Positions 17,730-26,688 of a stretch of DNA of 64,000 nucleotides are shown piece after piece. The translations under genes were made by a program, and so were the position numbers. Source of the DNA: an uncultured Gemmatimonadales bacterium (GTDB taxonomy: Bacteria; Gemmatimonadota; Gemmatimonadetes; Gemmatimonadales; GWC2-71-9); assembly GCA_963779755.1 (NCBI GenBank), contig CAVZZO010000001.1:1596845-1660844 (forward strand), given 5' to 3'. A model generated the notes under the pieces. That model had not been told where the DNA came from and made no database searches. It was given only the letters and a program-made list of their open reading frames with translations. Within the stretch, counting starts at the first letter, position 1; each line of letters starts with the position of its first letter.

Positions 17730-17803
17730 CGGGACGTAGCGCAGTCCGGTAGCGCACCTGAATGGGGTTCAGGGGGTCGCGGGTTCAAATCCCGCCGTCC
17801 CGA
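17730..17803 (+). tRNA. tRNA-Pro (anticodon GGG)
   Basis: Cloverleaf folded by hand: acceptor CGGGACG/CGTCCCG, D-arm GCGC/GCGC, anticodon stem CCTGA/TCAGG with loop ATGGGGT, T-arm GCGGG-TTCAAAT-CCCGC. CCA is not encoded. Confidence 0.93.
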
Positions 17804-17816
17804 TGGGTTCAAGAGC

Positions 17817-17853
17817 AAGCTCCGCAATCACTTCGGTTGTGGAGCTTTTTCTT
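17817..17853 (+). terminator. Intrinsic terminator after tRNA-Pro
   Basis: Stem AAGCTCCGCAA/TTGTGGAGCTT (11 bp, one G.U pair), loop TCACTTCGG, then a TTTTTCTTG tract. Confidence 0.7.
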
Positions 17854-17913
17854 GTCCCTCGCCCCCCACGTGGTGAGTACTGCTGCCAGTCTCTCCGATT
17901 GAACCCCGCGCTG

Positions 17914-18002
17914 TCATTGCGAGCCGCGTAGCGGCGAAGCAATCCCCCTGTACTGCGACCAGATTGCTTCGTCGGCCCCTGCGGGGCCTCCTCGCAATGA
18001 CG
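17914..18002. repeat. Palindromic element GTCATTGCGAG...GAAGCAATC / GATTGCTTC...CTCGCAATGAC
   Basis: Outer 11-bp perfect inverted repeat (17914-17924 with 17992-18002). Inner stem GCGAAGCAATC/GATTGCTTCGT. Two local hairpins, CCGCgtaGCGG and CCCCtgcGGGG. Confidence 0.8.
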
Positions 18003-18088
18003 CCCTTCCTACTCCGGCGGCGCCGCCGGCTTGTGCAGAGGCCTGGCACCCCTCCCAGACCCGCTGCGAGCATCCGGTAGGCGACCGG

Positions 18089-19018
18089 TCATGCCGCGGC
18101 GAAGCCCTCCCGCCAGCTCGGGTGCGCCGGCCGCCACGCCAGCTCGCGCTTGGCCTTGGCATTGGAGACACCGCGAAGCTCGGTCATCATCACCACAGCC
18201 GGCTCCCCCGCGACCAGCCGCCCGATGAATCGCGGCACCCGCAGCGGCCGCCTGGCCCCCAGGGTCTGCGCCAGCGCCGGCAACCACTCGGCCACCGGGG
18301 CGGGCTCATCGTCGACCACATTGTAAATGCCGCGACTGCCGTGCTCGACTGCCGCCACCGTCGCCTCCGCGGCGTCGGCGACGTGGATGAAAGACCACAC
18401 CGCGCCCCCGTCGCCCACCAGGGGGAACCTGCGCCTGCGGACCAGCTCGAACTGGTCCCCGTCCGGCGCGAGTGACGTGCCCGGCCCGTAGAACCAGCCA
18501 TAGCGCAGCACGACGCCCTCCGTCCACCGCGCACCGAGGACCGCCTCTTCCAGGTGACGGATCGCCACGAGGTTCGCCCGCATCTCCCTGACGGGTGAGG
18601 GATCATACGGGTCCTCCTCGGTCTTGACGGCTGAGCCGGTACGCGCGTACGCGGCGATGTGGCTCTGCGCCACGAACCGCCGCACGCCGACCGCCTGCCC
18701 GGCCGAGAGCAGGTAGTCGGTGCCGTCGGTCCGCAGGCGGTTGGTCGCCGTGAATGAGCGCTCGAAACGACGCAGGTCTATCGGCCCGATCGCGGTCAGC
18801 TGATGGACGATCACGTCCGGCCTGGCCCTGCCCACCGCCTCCGCGACCTGGTCGGGAGCAAGCGCATCCGCCACCACCGGCACCGCCCCCAGGCCGGACA
18901 GCATCGCCCGCTTGGACTCGCTCCGCGTCATCCCATGAACCTCGTGGCCCGCGGCGACCAGCCGCGGCACCAGCTGCCGTCCAATCGCTCCGGTCGCACC
19001 TGCCACAAACACTCTCAT
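18089..19018 (-). CDS. NAD(P)-dependent epimerase/dehydratase-family (atypical SDR) protein
   Basis: MRVFVAGATGAIGRQLV Rossmann motif. ATG at 19018 is preceded by AAGGAG. Confidence 0.8.
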   Translation of the reverse strand: MRVFVAGATGAIGRQLVPRLVAAGHEVHGMTRSESKRAMLSGLGAVPVVADALAPDQVAEAVGRARPDVIVHQLTAIGPIDLRRFERSFTATNRLRTDGTDYLLSAGQAVGVRRFVAQSHIAAYARTGSAVKTEEDPYDPSPVREMRANLVAIRHLEEAVLGARWTEGVVLRYGWFYGPGTSLAPDGDQFELVRRRRFPLVGDGGAVWSFIHVADAAEATVAAVEHGSRGIYNVVDDEPAPVAEWLPALAQTLGARRPLRVPRFIGRLVAGEPAVVMMTELRGVSNAKAKRELAWRPAHPSWREGFAAA

Positions 19019-19469
19019 CTTCAGCTCCTTGATCGATGGTCGCCGCCACTTACAAGACACGCCGGCGGGCCTCGTTGTGACACCGCAGGCGCATCCAGGG
19101 GGAGCCGGGGCACGTTCGGCCGCGTGCCCGCCTGCTTATGTGAGCGCCGCGCGCTGCCCCGGCCTCACGATCGCAGTTTCGGAGAAGCGGCGGTGTGAGG
19201 AGGGTGGTAAGGATCGGGTCCCTGCAGAACGAAGGCCCTGTTTCGCCGGCCGTGTGCCGGCGGGCGACCGAGGGAGCTTGGACCTCACGCGCTGGCGCTG
19301 AAGGCATCAACGCCGCGCTCCCGCGCCATCTTGGCCTGGTACGCGACGCCCGCCCGACGGCCGCTCGGCCCCATCCGGATGGAAGAACGGCGAGGGAACA
19401 GGGAAGGAACGGCATCCTCCTACCTTCGTGAGCGACAGTCAATGTCTTCTCAATCACAGGAGGCAGGCC

Positions 19470-20432
19470 ATGAAACGGTTCAAGCTCGTGACACACATGC
19501 GGGCCGTCGCAAGTACACTGCTGGCAGCAGGCCTGGTGGCCGGGTGCGAGAGCACCGCGCCGGTCGAGCCTGAACTGGGCCTCAGCAACGTGCCGGCCGC
19601 GGCCAACCTGCCGGCCGACGCCTACGGCTACACGGTATTCGATGTCCCGGGCGCCACCAATACTTATCTCTTTCGCATGAACGCGCGGGGCGATCTGGCC
19701 GGGACCTACAACGACGCCAGCGGGACCCACGGATTTCTGCAGCGAAAGGGCGATCGGCTTCAGACTATCAATGTCGAAGGGGCGATCGCGACCCAGGTCC
19801 GCGGCGTCAACGACCGCGGCGATGTGGTGGGCTTCTACAGCGAGGCCGGAAAACTGCACGGCTTCCTGTTGGGCGTGGATGGATACACGGTGATCGACTA
19901 TCCCGACGCGAACGGCACCCGGCTCTGGGCCATCAACGCCCGCGGCGAGATTTCGGGTGAGTTTCAGGCGGCCGTCGGTGGCGCATGGCAGGCGTTCACC
20001 CTGCGCCATGGGACATTCACCGCGATCGACGTGCCGGGTGCGAACATGAGCGCTGGCTACGGGATCGACAACCAGGGCGACGTGGTCGGCCACTTCACCA
20101 AGCCCGGGTCGTCCAAGATGATCGGCTACCGGCTCGCGAGCGGGACGTTCTCCACCTTCGCCCACCCGCTTTCGGGAGATATGATGAGCTGCGCGCAGGG
20201 CATCGGGGTCCACGGTGAAGTGGTGGGCCATTACCTCGACCCGGAGGCCGATCAGGTGTTCGGCTGGGTGTGGGTCGACGGCGAGTTCGTCGCCACGCTG
20301 CAGGTGCCGGCCGCCATAGATACGTACGCGACATCGATCACCCCGGCCGGCGTGATCGCCGGCTATCACTTCGACGAGAACTGGGTGAGTCACGGCTTCA
20401 TCGCGACGCCGCTCAACCGCGCCGGGTTGTGA
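19470..20432 (+). CDS. Lipoprotein with HAF-like extracellular beta-propeller repeats
   Basis: Lipobox VAGC. Repeated units of the form (V/I)N.RGD(V/L)VG.Y....HGFL. ATG at 19470 is preceded by AGGAGG. Confidence 0.7.
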   Translation: MKRFKLVTHMRAVASTLLAAGLVAGCESTAPVEPELGLSNVPAAANLPADAYGYTVFDVPGATNTYLFRMNARGDLAGTYNDASGTHGFLQRKGDRLQTINVEGAIATQVRGVNDRGDVVGFYSEAGKLHGFLLGVDGYTVIDYPDANGTRLWAINARGEISGEFQAAVGGAWQAFTLRHGTFTAIDVPGANMSAGYGIDNQGDVVGHFTKPGSSKMIGYRLASGTFSTFAHPLSGDMMSCAQGIGVHGEVVGHYLDPEADQVFGWVWVDGEFVATLQVPAAIDTYATSITPAGVIAGYHFDENWVSHGFIATPLNRAGL

Positions 20433-20456
20433 TCTACTCGCAGCATCCCGCTCTCC

Positions 20457-20488
20457 CCCGGGGCCCGGCGCACCTGCCGGGCCCCGGG
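20457..20488. terminator. Perfect 13-bp hairpin CCCGGGGCCCGGC-gcacct-GCCGGGCCCCGGG between convergent genes
   Basis: Read directly from the sequence. Confidence 0.6.
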
Positions 20489-20495
20489 TCGCATC

Positions 20496-21011
20496 TCACC
20501 AGGGCCCGGACTCGAGAATGCACCAGCGGCAGGACTCCACCCGGATCTGGATGTCCCCGGTGCCGGCCGGGTCCTCGATCCGCCCTTCCAGGGCCAGCAC
20601 GAGATCGGCCAGAGGGACGTAGGCGCCCTTCCCGCGCCGGGTCACGTGCGCCGAGAGAAGCACCGTCCTGTGGACGCGAAGGGGGCACGTCGCGCAGCCG
20701 CCCGTCCGCGTGGCGAACAGTCGCGGTCCCTGCAGGAAAAGATGACCACGTCCCGAGTGGGCAGGCCCGTCGATGACTCTGGCGATATCGCCGACCGCTA
20801 CGATCGGGTCCGCCGTACCGCTGCCCGCCCCGCTGGCGACGGCCCGTCCGACAGCCACCCCGTTGACGCGGATCAGGACGCCGCCGGACGGAGATTCCGG
20901 CAGCGTATCCGGCCACTCGCCGATCGGCGGCGATGCGCCGTGCTCGTCCGAGCATCCGATCACGGACATTCCGGCAAAGACCGACAGCGCCAGAGCGAGG
21001 GTGCGCCGCAT
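20496..21011 (-). CDS. Hypothetical lipoprotein
   Basis: Signal peptide with lipobox VIGC. 171 aa. No recognisable motif. Confidence 0.55.
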   Translation of the reverse strand: MRRTLALALSVFAGMSVIGCSDEHGASPPIGEWPDTLPESPSGGVLIRVNGVAVGRAVASGAGSGTADPIVAVGDIARVIDGPAHSGRGHLFLQGPRLFATRTGGCATCPLRVHRTVLLSAHVTRRGKGAYVPLADLVLALEGRIEDPAGTGDIQIRVESCRWCILESGPW

Positions 21012-21124
21012 GGTTGTGCTCCCGTGGGTGCAGCGGCGCGGCCCCTGCCCGGATGGGTGCAGAGAACGACGCCGGCGTATGCGTCAAGAATCGCTCCCGT
21101 GCGTTTCCCGGGTGTACCCAGAGC

Positions 21125-21151
21125 GTTCCCGGGCCCATCGGGCCCGGGAAC
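21125..21151 (-). terminator. Perfect 12-bp hairpin GTTCCCGGGCCC-atc-GGGCCCGGGAAC downstream of the SARP-type regulator
   Basis: Read directly from the sequence. No U-tract. Confidence 0.45.
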
Positions 21152-21170
21152 GGGGCTCCGCGGGTCGGGA

Positions 21171-24044
21171 TCAGTGAAGCGGCGTTGGCGGGCGCAAGGC
21201 GGCGAGGCGCGCAGCGGCGGCGGCGCGTGCGGGCTGGAACACGGCGTCGGCGTCGCGCCATGCATCCGCGACGTGCGCGTAGTGCACGGCCGCGCTGTCC
21301 GCGGCGCCGACCGCGTCGAAGGCGCGGGCGAGCAGCGCGTGCAGCTCGGTGCGGGTGACGTAGAGGTTGGACGCCTGCAGCGGGCCCCTGAGGGCAGGGC
21401 TCAGGATGGCGACCGCCTCCCGCGGCCGGCCCTGTGCCAGAAGCAGCCGACCGAGTTCCAGGTTGGTACGGGTGTAGCCCGCGACGGGTGAGAAAATTGC
21501 GCGGCGCAGGTCGGATTCCGCGTCCGCCGGCCGGCCTTCCGCGAGCGCGATCAGCCCACGCACGTGGAAATGAAGCAGACGGTCGCGGCCGTAGCCGCTC
21601 CGGGGCCCGAGCGCTTCGATGGTGTCGGCCAGCGCGCGGGCGCGCCCGAGGTCCCCCGCGCCGACCAGCGCCGAGGCCTCGTGTGTCAGGAACCACGCGC
21701 GGTTGCGCGCCACCTTGCTGCGCGGGCCGGTGTCGACCTGCATCAATGCCGCGATCGAGTGGAAGATCGCTGCCGCTTCGCGGAACCGGCCCGACTCGGA
21801 AAGCACGATCGCCTCCGGCAGCCGTGCGAACGCATAGCCCGGAGTCAACGCGCGCGTGCAGCGCGTGTGCTCCTTCGCCGAGGCGAGCGCATCCGCCAGC
21901 CGGCCCTGATTGCGATCGCTGATCGTTCGCCACCAGTCTGCCTCACACTGGGACGCCAGCTCTCCGCTCGCGTCCAGGAATGCCAGCCGCCCGGCGGCGA
22001 CCGCGAAGGCGCCGCGGCGCAGGGCCCGCCCCAGGTCGGCGAGCGCGGCCGCGACCGGGGTGCGCGGCGAGATGTCGTTCGCACGCCGGGCCGCCGCGTC
22101 GGCCTCGTCGTACCGGCCCTGGGCGTCGTAGACGTTTTCCAGCAACCGCCATGGCGTGGCCGACTCGGGGAGCATCGCCGCGAACATGCGCGCCGTCCGC
22201 TCCGCTGCCTCCATCGAGTCGGCCATCATGTACGCGTCGGCCAGTTCCAGGAGCGCGTCGCAGCCGGTGCAGTGGGGCGCCTGGCCCAGTATCGCGATGG
22301 AGTCGAGCCGGAAAGCCCGGAGCAGCTGGTCGATCGCCTCGGAGAATCGGCCGTCCCATTTCAGCGCCTCGCCGAGCATGCGGTGTCCTTCGGGGAGAAG
22401 CGGATAGCGCTCGACCAGCGAGTCCGCGATCGCGAGGGCGCTCGGGTCATCCCGGGATCTGGCCCAGGTTGCACGAATGAGCAGGCGGTCCTGTTCGGTG
22501 GCGCGGGCGGCCATCCGCCGCGCCTGTTCAAGGAACACGTCGTGCCACGGGGGAGTCCCGCCATCGGAGACCATGGACGCGTAGTACGCCGCCATGGCAA
22601 AGGTCGAGTCCTCGGTCACGGCGGCGATGAAGAGAGGCCGCGCCGCCGGGGTGTCGCCGCGCAGGTAGTAGGCGTGCAAGCCCTGCTCATAGAGGCGGAA
22701 CGCGGCAAGCGAAGGGGTGGCAACGTCGGCCACCCGCAGCGCGGGGATCCGGAGCCGCATGGCCCCCGCCAGTTCCCGGGTCGCGGCATCCACCACGGCG
22801 AACGGGTCCGGCCCCTGCACCGAGACCTGCTCGCTCACGGCACCGGTGCGAAGGGCGAGGCGATGCAGGTCGAAGCGCAATCGGCCGTCAGCCAGGTGAT
22901 ACAGCGCACCTTCGACGACCTCGGTCGCGCCCGCGCGCCGGGCCGCGCGCACGAGGGCCGCGGCTTCCTCACCGTCCTCCCCGGCCAGCATCTCGTAGAG
23001 GCGGGTGCTGCCCACCACCTGCACGCCGGGCACGCGCGCGAGGTTGGTGGAGAGGAGTTCGCGGATCATCGGCGCCACGTCCGGATCCAGCTGCCCGTAG
23101 TCCCGGATGTGGCCGATGGCGAGAATGGGATTCGTGTCCGCCGGACCTGCGCGCGCCACCAGGACCGCCCCGAGCCCGACCATGGCCAGCAGAGCGGCAG
23201 CTCGCGCCACGCTCTTCGCGCGGTGCCCGCGGCCGGGCGGCGCGACGTCGGGCTCGCCAGTCGCCGGATCCGGAGTGGTCGAGGGCGCGTCGGCGGCGGG
23301 TGAGGGCTGACTCATCACCACCGTGCGCGACCGGATTCGCTCGAGGAGCGCGCGCGTCTCCGGCGCCGGCTGCAGCTCGAACTCCGCCTCCAGCCGGTGC
23401 CGGTGCTCTTCGTAGAGCCGGAAGGCGCCGGCCGAGTCGCCGGCACGGTCGAGCAGCGAGAGCAACTGCCGCGTCGCGTTCTCGTCGTCGGGCGACAGGG
23501 CGATGGCGCGGCGACCGTACTCAATGGCGGCGGCACCGTTGCCGGCAGCCTCTTCGGCCTCCGCAACGCGCCACGTGGCCGCGGCCGCGAGCCGCCGGAC
23601 CCGCTGGCGCTCGCCATCAAGCCAGTGCTCGAACGCAGGCGTGTCGGACAGGTAGAATCCGTGGAGCAGGTCGCCCCGGTAGAGAGCGAGCGCCTCGGCG
23701 GGTCGTTCCTCGCCGAGCAGCTCGTTCAGCGCGACGACATCGCACCACACCGCGCCCGGGGCGAGCGCCAGCTCCTCTTCACCCCTGCCGATCAACGTCC
23801 CTTCGCCCAGGGACTGGCGGAGGTGGAAGACCGTCTTGCGGAGCGCGGACCGGGCGTGCTGCTGGTCCAGCTCCGGCCAGAAGAGGCCGGTCAGGGTGTC
23901 CCGGCGTACGTAGCCTTCCGGCACGGCAAGGGCCAGGTAAACCAGGACGGCCAGGCGTTTTGGCTGGGCGACAACGGACTGGACGGCCAGCCCGTCGGCG
24001 GTGCGGAGGTCGGTTATGCCCAACGTGCGGAGCTGGATCTGCAT
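21171..24044 (-). CDS. SARP/BTAD-family transcriptional regulator with TM segment, TolB-N-like periplasmic module and TPR repeats
   Basis: Start at MQIQLRTLG (24044). OmpR-type winged helix plus BTAD (LALYRGDLLHGFY, FEHWLDGERQR), one TM helix, and a long TPR-like C-terminal region. Confidence 0.8.
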   Translation of the reverse strand: MQIQLRTLGITDLRTADGLAVQSVVAQPKRLAVLVYLALAVPEGYVRRDTLTGLFWPELDQQHARSALRKTVFHLRQSLGEGTLIGRGEEELALAPGAVWCDVVALNELLGEERPAEALALYRGDLLHGFYLSDTPAFEHWLDGERQRVRRLAAAATWRVAEAEEAAGNGAAAIEYGRRAIALSPDDENATRQLLSLLDRAGDSAGAFRLYEEHRHRLEAEFELQPAPETRALLERIRSRTVVMSQPSPAADAPSTTPDPATGEPDVAPPGRGHRAKSVARAAALLAMVGLGAVLVARAGPADTNPILAIGHIRDYGQLDPDVAPMIRELLSTNLARVPGVQVVGSTRLYEMLAGEDGEEAAALVRAARRAGATEVVEGALYHLADGRLRFDLHRLALRTGAVSEQVSVQGPDPFAVVDAATRELAGAMRLRIPALRVADVATPSLAAFRLYEQGLHAYYLRGDTPAARPLFIAAVTEDSTFAMAAYYASMVSDGGTPPWHDVFLEQARRMAARATEQDRLLIRATWARSRDDPSALAIADSLVERYPLLPEGHRMLGEALKWDGRFSEAIDQLLRAFRLDSIAILGQAPHCTGCDALLELADAYMMADSMEAAERTARMFAAMLPESATPWRLLENVYDAQGRYDEADAAARRANDISPRTPVAAALADLGRALRRGAFAVAAGRLAFLDASGELASQCEADWWRTISDRNQGRLADALASAKEHTRCTRALTPGYAFARLPEAIVLSESGRFREAAAIFHSIAALMQVDTGPRSKVARNRAWFLTHEASALVGAGDLGRARALADTIEALGPRSGYGRDRLLHFHVRGLIALAEGRPADAESDLRRAIFSPVAGYTRTNLELGRLLLAQGRPREAVAILSPALRGPLQASNLYVTRTELHALLARAFDAVGAADSAAVHYAHVADAWRDADAVFQPARAAAAARLAALRPPTPLH

Positions 24045-24395
24045 GCCGCCCTGCTGGCGCGAGCGCCGCTGAGGGATGCCGTCGGCTGCCGGCATGATGA
24101 ACAGTCGCGCCGGACCGGCCTGCGGGTCAAGAGTGCTCCTCTGGATGCTGAAGACGGCCCCCCGCTCGGGCTCGCTCTCGACGGAGATATGTGCCGCCGC
24201 TCTGCTCGGCGACCCCGTAGACGGGTCGAGAGGCCGAGGCCGAGCCCCGGGTCGAGCCGGGTGACGAGCCGGATATCCTCGCCGATCAGGCGGCCTGACG
24301 CCCGGACCTGTGACTGCGGGGCGGTGTGGCGGGGAGGGGTTCGTCCGGGGGGGGCGTGTGGTGGAGCGGCGACCGGCGGGGTAGGGTAGGGGGGG

Positions 24396-26663
24396 CTAGA
24401 ACTCCATCCCCACCCTGAGCACCGCATTCCGTCCCGGATTCAGCGCGAACTCCTTGTACCGGCTCAGGTAGTCGCGATAGCGGGTATTGGTGAGATTCCG
24501 GATCTCCAGATCGAGCGACAGCGTTCGTGCACCGACCGGGTGCGTGCCGCCAACGTCCAGGTTCAGCAGGCTGTAGCCGTCGGTCGGGATGTCGAATACC
24601 GTCGCTCCCTGCCCCGGAATAGTGTACCCGCCGAGCCGGCCCTGATGGGCCACGGTCTCCACCTCGCCGCTGATGCGTCCGTTGGCCAGCCATCCCAGGT
24701 TTAATCCGTGCAACTCCACGCCCACCGCCGAACGGAAGGGCGGGATGAGCGGCAGGGGCTGATCCGTTCCATCCGCCGTGCCCCGCACATACTCTGCCCG
24801 GCCGGCAAGGGTGAGCCAGTCGCGGGGACTCACCGCAAGCCGCGCTTCGCCGCCCTGCAGCGTGGCATCGGTCTGGCCGTACTGGAAGACCCGGAGCGAG
24901 TCCATGAACTGCGTGGTGGGGGCGCCATAGATGAAATCCGCCACCCGGTTCCGATAGGCCGACACCTCCGCCTCGGCGAAGCGCGTCTGCCAGCGGAGAC
25001 TCAGGTCGAAATTGAGACTGTATTCGGGCCGCAACGAGCGGTTCCCGATATCGAACCGCGCCTCGCCCAGCTCCGGCCCATAGGCGAACAGCTCGAAGAG
25101 ATCGGGCGCGCGCCACGCCCGGCCGGCGTTGGCCGCGAGGGAGAGGCCGTGGCGCAGGTCCAGCACGGCGCCCAGGTCGGCCGTCCAGGTGCGGTAGCTG
25201 CGGTGCTGGGCGGCGAGCCGTAGATCGCTGTTGCCGTCGACCGACACCCGCCGCACATCGCCTCGCAGGCCGCCCAGCAACGACAGGCGGCCCAGCTCCA
25301 GCCGCTCGATCAGGAAGAGGCCCGCGCCGGCGGTGCGCGCGTCGGGGACCAGCGGCACGGGCCCCCGGGTATCGTTCTTCTGGTACAGGCCGGAAAGGCC
25401 GAGGGTACCGCTCACCCGGACGCCCAGGGTGTGGTGCAGCAGGAGATCGCTGGACCAGGTATCCAGCGCCAGGTCAAAGACCGGGCCTTCCATGGTGCCG
25501 CCACCGGGCGCGGGCGCCTCGTCCGAGACTTCCGAAATCCAGTGATGCTGCCACTGTGCCTTTCCCTCCAGGCGTAAGCGGCCCAGCACATAGTTGGACC
25601 GGAGTTGCGCCCGGGTGTCGGCCAGCTTGCGCTCCGGGCCGCCTTCCCCGCCGCTGTCCGCCCCCGGGCCGCCGGCCTCGAGCAGCTTGAACTCCCCGCC
25701 GTACCGGGTGAGCCGCAGGGTGGTGGCGCCGTTGGCGCTGTGGAGGCCGATGGCGCCCTCGCCGTTGAGCGCGGTGAAGCCGGTGTTGTCCAACTCGCCC
25801 GCGGGGGTGTGCAGATCGGCGGCGCGGCGGCCGATGAGGGTGACGGCCGTGCCCAGGCGGCCCCCGGCGTGGCGCAGGCCCAGCAGGGCGCTGGCCTCGG
25901 CGTTGTTGCTGGCGGCGGTGATCTCGCTGCGGAGCCGGGTAAAGCCGGGGCCGCCGCCGGCGTCGGGCAGCGGCGCGGGGAGCACATTCACCACGCCGGC
26001 AATGGCGTCGGACCCGTACATCAGGCTCGCCGGGCCGCGCACTACTTCGACCCGGTTGGCCAGGCGCGCATCCACCGATGGGCCGTCCTCATCGCTCCAG
26101 GAATAGTCTTCCAGCCGTAGTCCGTCGTCGAGCACCAGGACGCGGGGACCCACCAGGCCGCGGATCATGGGCTTGCCGATCTGCGCGCCGGTGCTGAGTG
26201 TCCGGATGCCAGGTATCTGGTCAATGGCCTGCGCCAGCGAGACGCCCGCATGGCGCTGCAGTTCTTCGCCGCTCAGATCAGTCGCGACCATGGGAGCCAT
26301 CCGCGCCGCCATGGGAGTGCGCGAGGCGGTGACGGTAATCGGCGCCAGCCGGGCGACGCCCTCCTGGTGCAGCAGAGTGATGAGTACCGGCTGCGAAGGC
26401 AGCGTCACCTCGCGGGTGACGGCGCGGTAGCCGGCCAGCACCACCAGCAGGTGGTAGCTGCCGCCGGGGACGGCCAGGGCGAACCGACCGCCAGCGCCGG
26501 TGAGCACGCTGCGTTCCAGCTCCACCACGGTGACACGCGCGCCGGGGAGGGGGTGCCCGCTCATGTCCTGGACGACACCCAGCATGGAATCCGGGATCAC
26601 CGGAACCGGCGGGGGCGCCGGGAAATGGGCCACGGCCGAGAGCAGGGCGAGCAGGAGAAGCAT
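24396..26663 (-). CDS. TonB-dependent outer-membrane receptor with N-terminal carboxypeptidase-regulatory-like domain
   Basis: Signal peptide from Met 26663. CarbopepD_reg-like segment, plug domain and beta-barrel. Terminal residues GMEF (C-terminal Phe). Confidence 0.85.
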   Translation of the reverse strand: MLLLLALLSAVAHFPAPPPVPVIPDSMLGVVQDMSGHPLPGARVTVVELERSVLTGAGGRFALAVPGGSYHLLVVLAGYRAVTREVTLPSQPVLITLLHQEGVARLAPITVTASRTPMAARMAPMVATDLSGEELQRHAGVSLAQAIDQIPGIRTLSTGAQIGKPMIRGLVGPRVLVLDDGLRLEDYSWSDEDGPSVDARLANRVEVVRGPASLMYGSDAIAGVVNVLPAPLPDAGGGPGFTRLRSEITAASNNAEASALLGLRHAGGRLGTAVTLIGRRAADLHTPAGELDNTGFTALNGEGAIGLHSANGATTLRLTRYGGEFKLLEAGGPGADSGGEGGPERKLADTRAQLRSNYVLGRLRLEGKAQWQHHWISEVSDEAPAPGGGTMEGPVFDLALDTWSSDLLLHHTLGVRVSGTLGLSGLYQKNDTRGPVPLVPDARTAGAGLFLIERLELGRLSLLGGLRGDVRRVSVDGNSDLRLAAQHRSYRTWTADLGAVLDLRHGLSLAANAGRAWRAPDLFELFAYGPELGEARFDIGNRSLRPEYSLNFDLSLRWQTRFAEAEVSAYRNRVADFIYGAPTTQFMDSLRVFQYGQTDATLQGGEARLAVSPRDWLTLAGRAEYVRGTADGTDQPLPLIPPFRSAVGVELHGLNLGWLANGRISGEVETVAHQGRLGGYTIPGQGATVFDIPTDGYSLLNLDVGGTHPVGARTLSLDLEIRNLTNTRYRDYLSRYKEFALNPGRNAVLRVGMEF

Positions 26664-26688
26664 GGATCGGGAGGAATCGAAGGAGGCC

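Noticed and set aside
17571-17803. attL/attR of an integrated genomic island at tRNA-Pro
   Set aside because: The duplicated segment is the 5' half, not the usual 3' end. The copies are only 119 nt apart. No integrase, excisionase or compositionally foreign block is adjacent in the window.
19019-19469. Hidden gene in the 450-bp gap upstream of the HAF-repeat lipoprotein
   Set aside because: All ORFs there (for example 19029..19301 and 19195..19431) are Arg/Pro/Gly-rich, have no motifs and lack convincing ribosome-binding sites. I treat the gap as a long regulatory region.
24330-24395. G-rich tract (GGGGCGGTGTGGCGGGGAGGGG...GGGGGGG) as a functional G-quadruplex
   Set aside because: It is plausible on sequence alone. 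However, it sits at the 3' end of the TonB-dependent receptor gene in a 70% GC genome where such runs are expected, and there is no supporting context.
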